64,000 bases of DNA from assembly GCA_049515535.1 (NCBI GenBank), contig JBEKTZ010000002.1:147467-211466 (forward strand), in the 5' to 3' direction. The notes below the pieces were generated by a model. That model ran no database searches. It saw only the letters and a program-made list of their open reading frames with translations, and was not told where the DNA came from. Origin of the DNA: Candidatus Aminicenantales bacterium. Its GTDB lineage: Bacteria > Acidobacteriota > Aminicenantia > Aminicenantales > UBA4085. Both the position numbers and the translations under genes were made by a program. Numbering within the stretch: the stretch's first letter is position 1; each line of letters begins with the position of its first letter. Of this stretch, positions 62,416-64,000 are shown one piece after another.

Positions 62416-64000
62416 CTAAGATTTACGAGATTTCATCAATAAAGTTCCAGCCGGCCGGCCCTCGCCGTGGACAAGCGCCCGGTAAGTCTTCTCGATCCGG
62501 TCCCATTTCTCTTCGCGATCGAGCGACCAGTATCGCCCGATGACGGTCGCGACCTCGCCGATGCCGAGCGCCCGGCACGTTTCCTCCACCTTTTCGACAT
62601 AGATCGCGCCGCTCTCGGGCATTTCTCCGCGCCGTCCTATGAAGCCATGGACGTGGACCTTGGTCAAGCCCGCGTCTTTGGCGAGCTTGAGAAGGGCGAA
62701 AAGGTGCCTGATCGTGCCGTGAGAGCTGTAATGGGAAATGATGCCCATAAGATGAAGAGCCCGATGCTCCCGCTTGGCTTTATCCATGACGCCGAGGAAG
62801 GCCTCATTGCGGAAAAAACTCCCGTCCTCGACGGCCTTGTCGATCCGGACGCGATCGAGAAGGACGCGGCGTCCCGCCCCCAAATGAAGGTGGCCGGCTT
62901 CGGAATTCCCGACGGTTCCCGCGGGCAAGCCGACGGCCTCTCCCGAAGCTTGAAGCAGGGACCGGGGGAATCGGGACCATAGGTCGTCGAAGTGCGGCGT
63001 CCTGGATTGCGCGATCAAATTACCGCTTTGAACCGCGCTCATCCCCCATCCGTCCAGAATGAGCACGACGACTTTTTTCCGGATCGGCGCGTGACGAGGC
63101 CGCTCGACAGCGGCTGGGGCCCCGGGCTTTGTCCGGGGGTCCACTTCCGCCGTACTCGCCCGTGGATATAAGCCACAGGCGAGTGGCGAGCCGAAGGCTC
63201 GTCCCTTGACGAAGAGGCTATGTCCCGTCATTTCTGGGGGTTTCGGGATGTCCAGGAGATCGAGAATCGTCGGAGCGACATCGGCCAGTTCGCCGGATTC
63301 GCGCAAATTCGGGTAGGCCGGCTTTCCGGACGCATCATCGGAGAAAATGAACGGCACGGGATTTTTTGTGTGTCCCGTATTGATCGTTCCGTCCTGATAC
63401 TCCCATTCTTCGACCGTCCCGTGATCGGCAGTGACGATCAGAGCGACCGCTCGCCGCCGCGCTTCCTCGATGACGCGCCCCAATTCCTTGTCCACGGTTT
63501 CAACCGCGCGAATGGCCGCTTCTTTGTTTTCGATATGGCCGACGACGTCGACGTTGGCGAAATTGGCCATGACGACATCGAAGCGAGGGTCGCCGATTTT
63601 ATCGATGACGGCGTCCGCCACGGCCGCGGCGCTCATTTCAGGCCTTTGATCGTAGTTGGAAACGTCCTGGGGAGAAGGAACGATCACCCGTTCCTCTCCC
63701 GGAAAAACGGCATCGGACTTGCCGTTCATGAAAAATCCGATATGGGTCGCCTTCTCGGACTCCGCGATCTTGGCCAGACGAAGCCCAGCCTTGGAAAGAA
63801 CTTCGGCCAACGTGTTCTTGATCTTAACGTCCGCGGGGAAGGCGACGCGGACGCGCAGTTTGGGATCGTATTCGATCATGGTCACAAAGTCGAGATCCAG
63901 ACTTTTTTCGACCGGAAAATGAGAAAAGGCCGGATCGATCAGGCATTGGGTGATCTCGATCTCGCGCTCGCCCCGAATGTCGTAAAAAATGACGGAGTCG
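62416..64000 (-). CDS. gpmI: 2,3-bisphosphoglycerate-independent phosphoglycerate mutase, domain-permuted, 5'-truncated
   Basis: Frame is open to the window edge (DSVIFYDIRGER...). Native C-half motifs (ESEK, ANVDVVGH, ADHG, GHT, LADVAPT) precede native N-half motifs (LILDGWG, GNSEAGH, GRYW). Confidence 0.85.
   Translation of the reverse strand, partial: DSVIFYDIRGEREIEITQCLIDPAFSHFPVEKSLDLDFVTMIEYDPKLRVRVAFPADVKIKNTLAEVLSKAGLRLAKIAESEKATHIGFFMNGKSDAVFPGEERVIVPSPQDVSNYDQRPEMSAAAVADAVIDKIGDPRFDVVMANFANVDVVGHIENKEAAIRAVETVDKELGRVIEEARRRAVALIVTADHGTVEEWEYQDGTINTGHTKNPVPFIFSDDASGKPAYPNLRESGELADVAPTILDLLDIPKPPEMTGHSLFVKGRAFGSPLACGLYPRASTAEVDPRTKPGAPAAVERPRHAPIRKKVVVLILDGWGMSAVQSGNLIAQSRTPHFDDLWSRFPRSLLQASGEAVGLPAGTVGNSEAGHLHLGAGRRVLLDRVRIDKAVEDGSFFRNEAFLGVMDKAKREHRALHLMGIISHYSSHGTIRHLFALLKLAKDAGLTKVHVHGFIGRRGEMPESGAIYVEKVEETCRALGIGEVATVIGRYWSLDREEKWDRIEKTYRALVHGEGRPAGTLLMKSRKS
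63103..63210 (-). repeat. In-frame palindromic element, long copy (108 bp, three hairpins)
   Basis: CGAGCC-TTC-GGCTCG, ACTCGCCTGTGG-N7-CCACGGGCGAGT and CCCCGGAC-AAA-GCCCGGGG. Encodes VKGRAFGSPLACGLYPRASTAEVDPRTKPGAPAAVE. Confidence 0.85.

Overview
GC-rich bacterial chromosome segment. The gene content (many secreted peptidases, alkaline-phosphatase-superfamily paralogs, a HEAT/HD-GYP pair) suggests an Aminicenantes/Acidobacteriota-like anaerobe; this is inference only. From left to right: a peptide-degradation operon (deacylase, two tandem C69 dipeptidases, DUF6305, M14 peptidase); a Crp/Fnr regulator with a 4Fe-4S protein behind a class II TTGAC-N4-GTCAA promoter; two large orphan proteins; PrdX, M1 and M28 peptidases, asnA and ggt; a decayed AT-richer island (about 25.1-31.7 kb) at the 3' end of tRNA-Arg(ACG), with IS3, IS21 and IS91-like remnants and a small-protein/aspartic-protease pair; ADH, a YprB/MrfB-like exonuclease, and rhaB-rhaA plus a GH78 rhamnosidase interrupted by the HEAT/HD-GYP pair; an operon of three NPP-type phosphodiesterases, a small RHH-like protein, a DUF106/EMC3-like membrane protein and an aminotransferase; TonB, a secreted glycosidase, a double ABC-2 transporter and a partial gpmI. 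Two observations stand out. (1) A multi-hairpin DNA element (69 and 108 bp copies, 62/69 shared bases identical) sits in frame, and in the same reading frame, inside two different genes. (2) The gpmI has its domains in reversed order (native C-half, then the element-encoded linker, then native N-half), so it appears circularly permuted.
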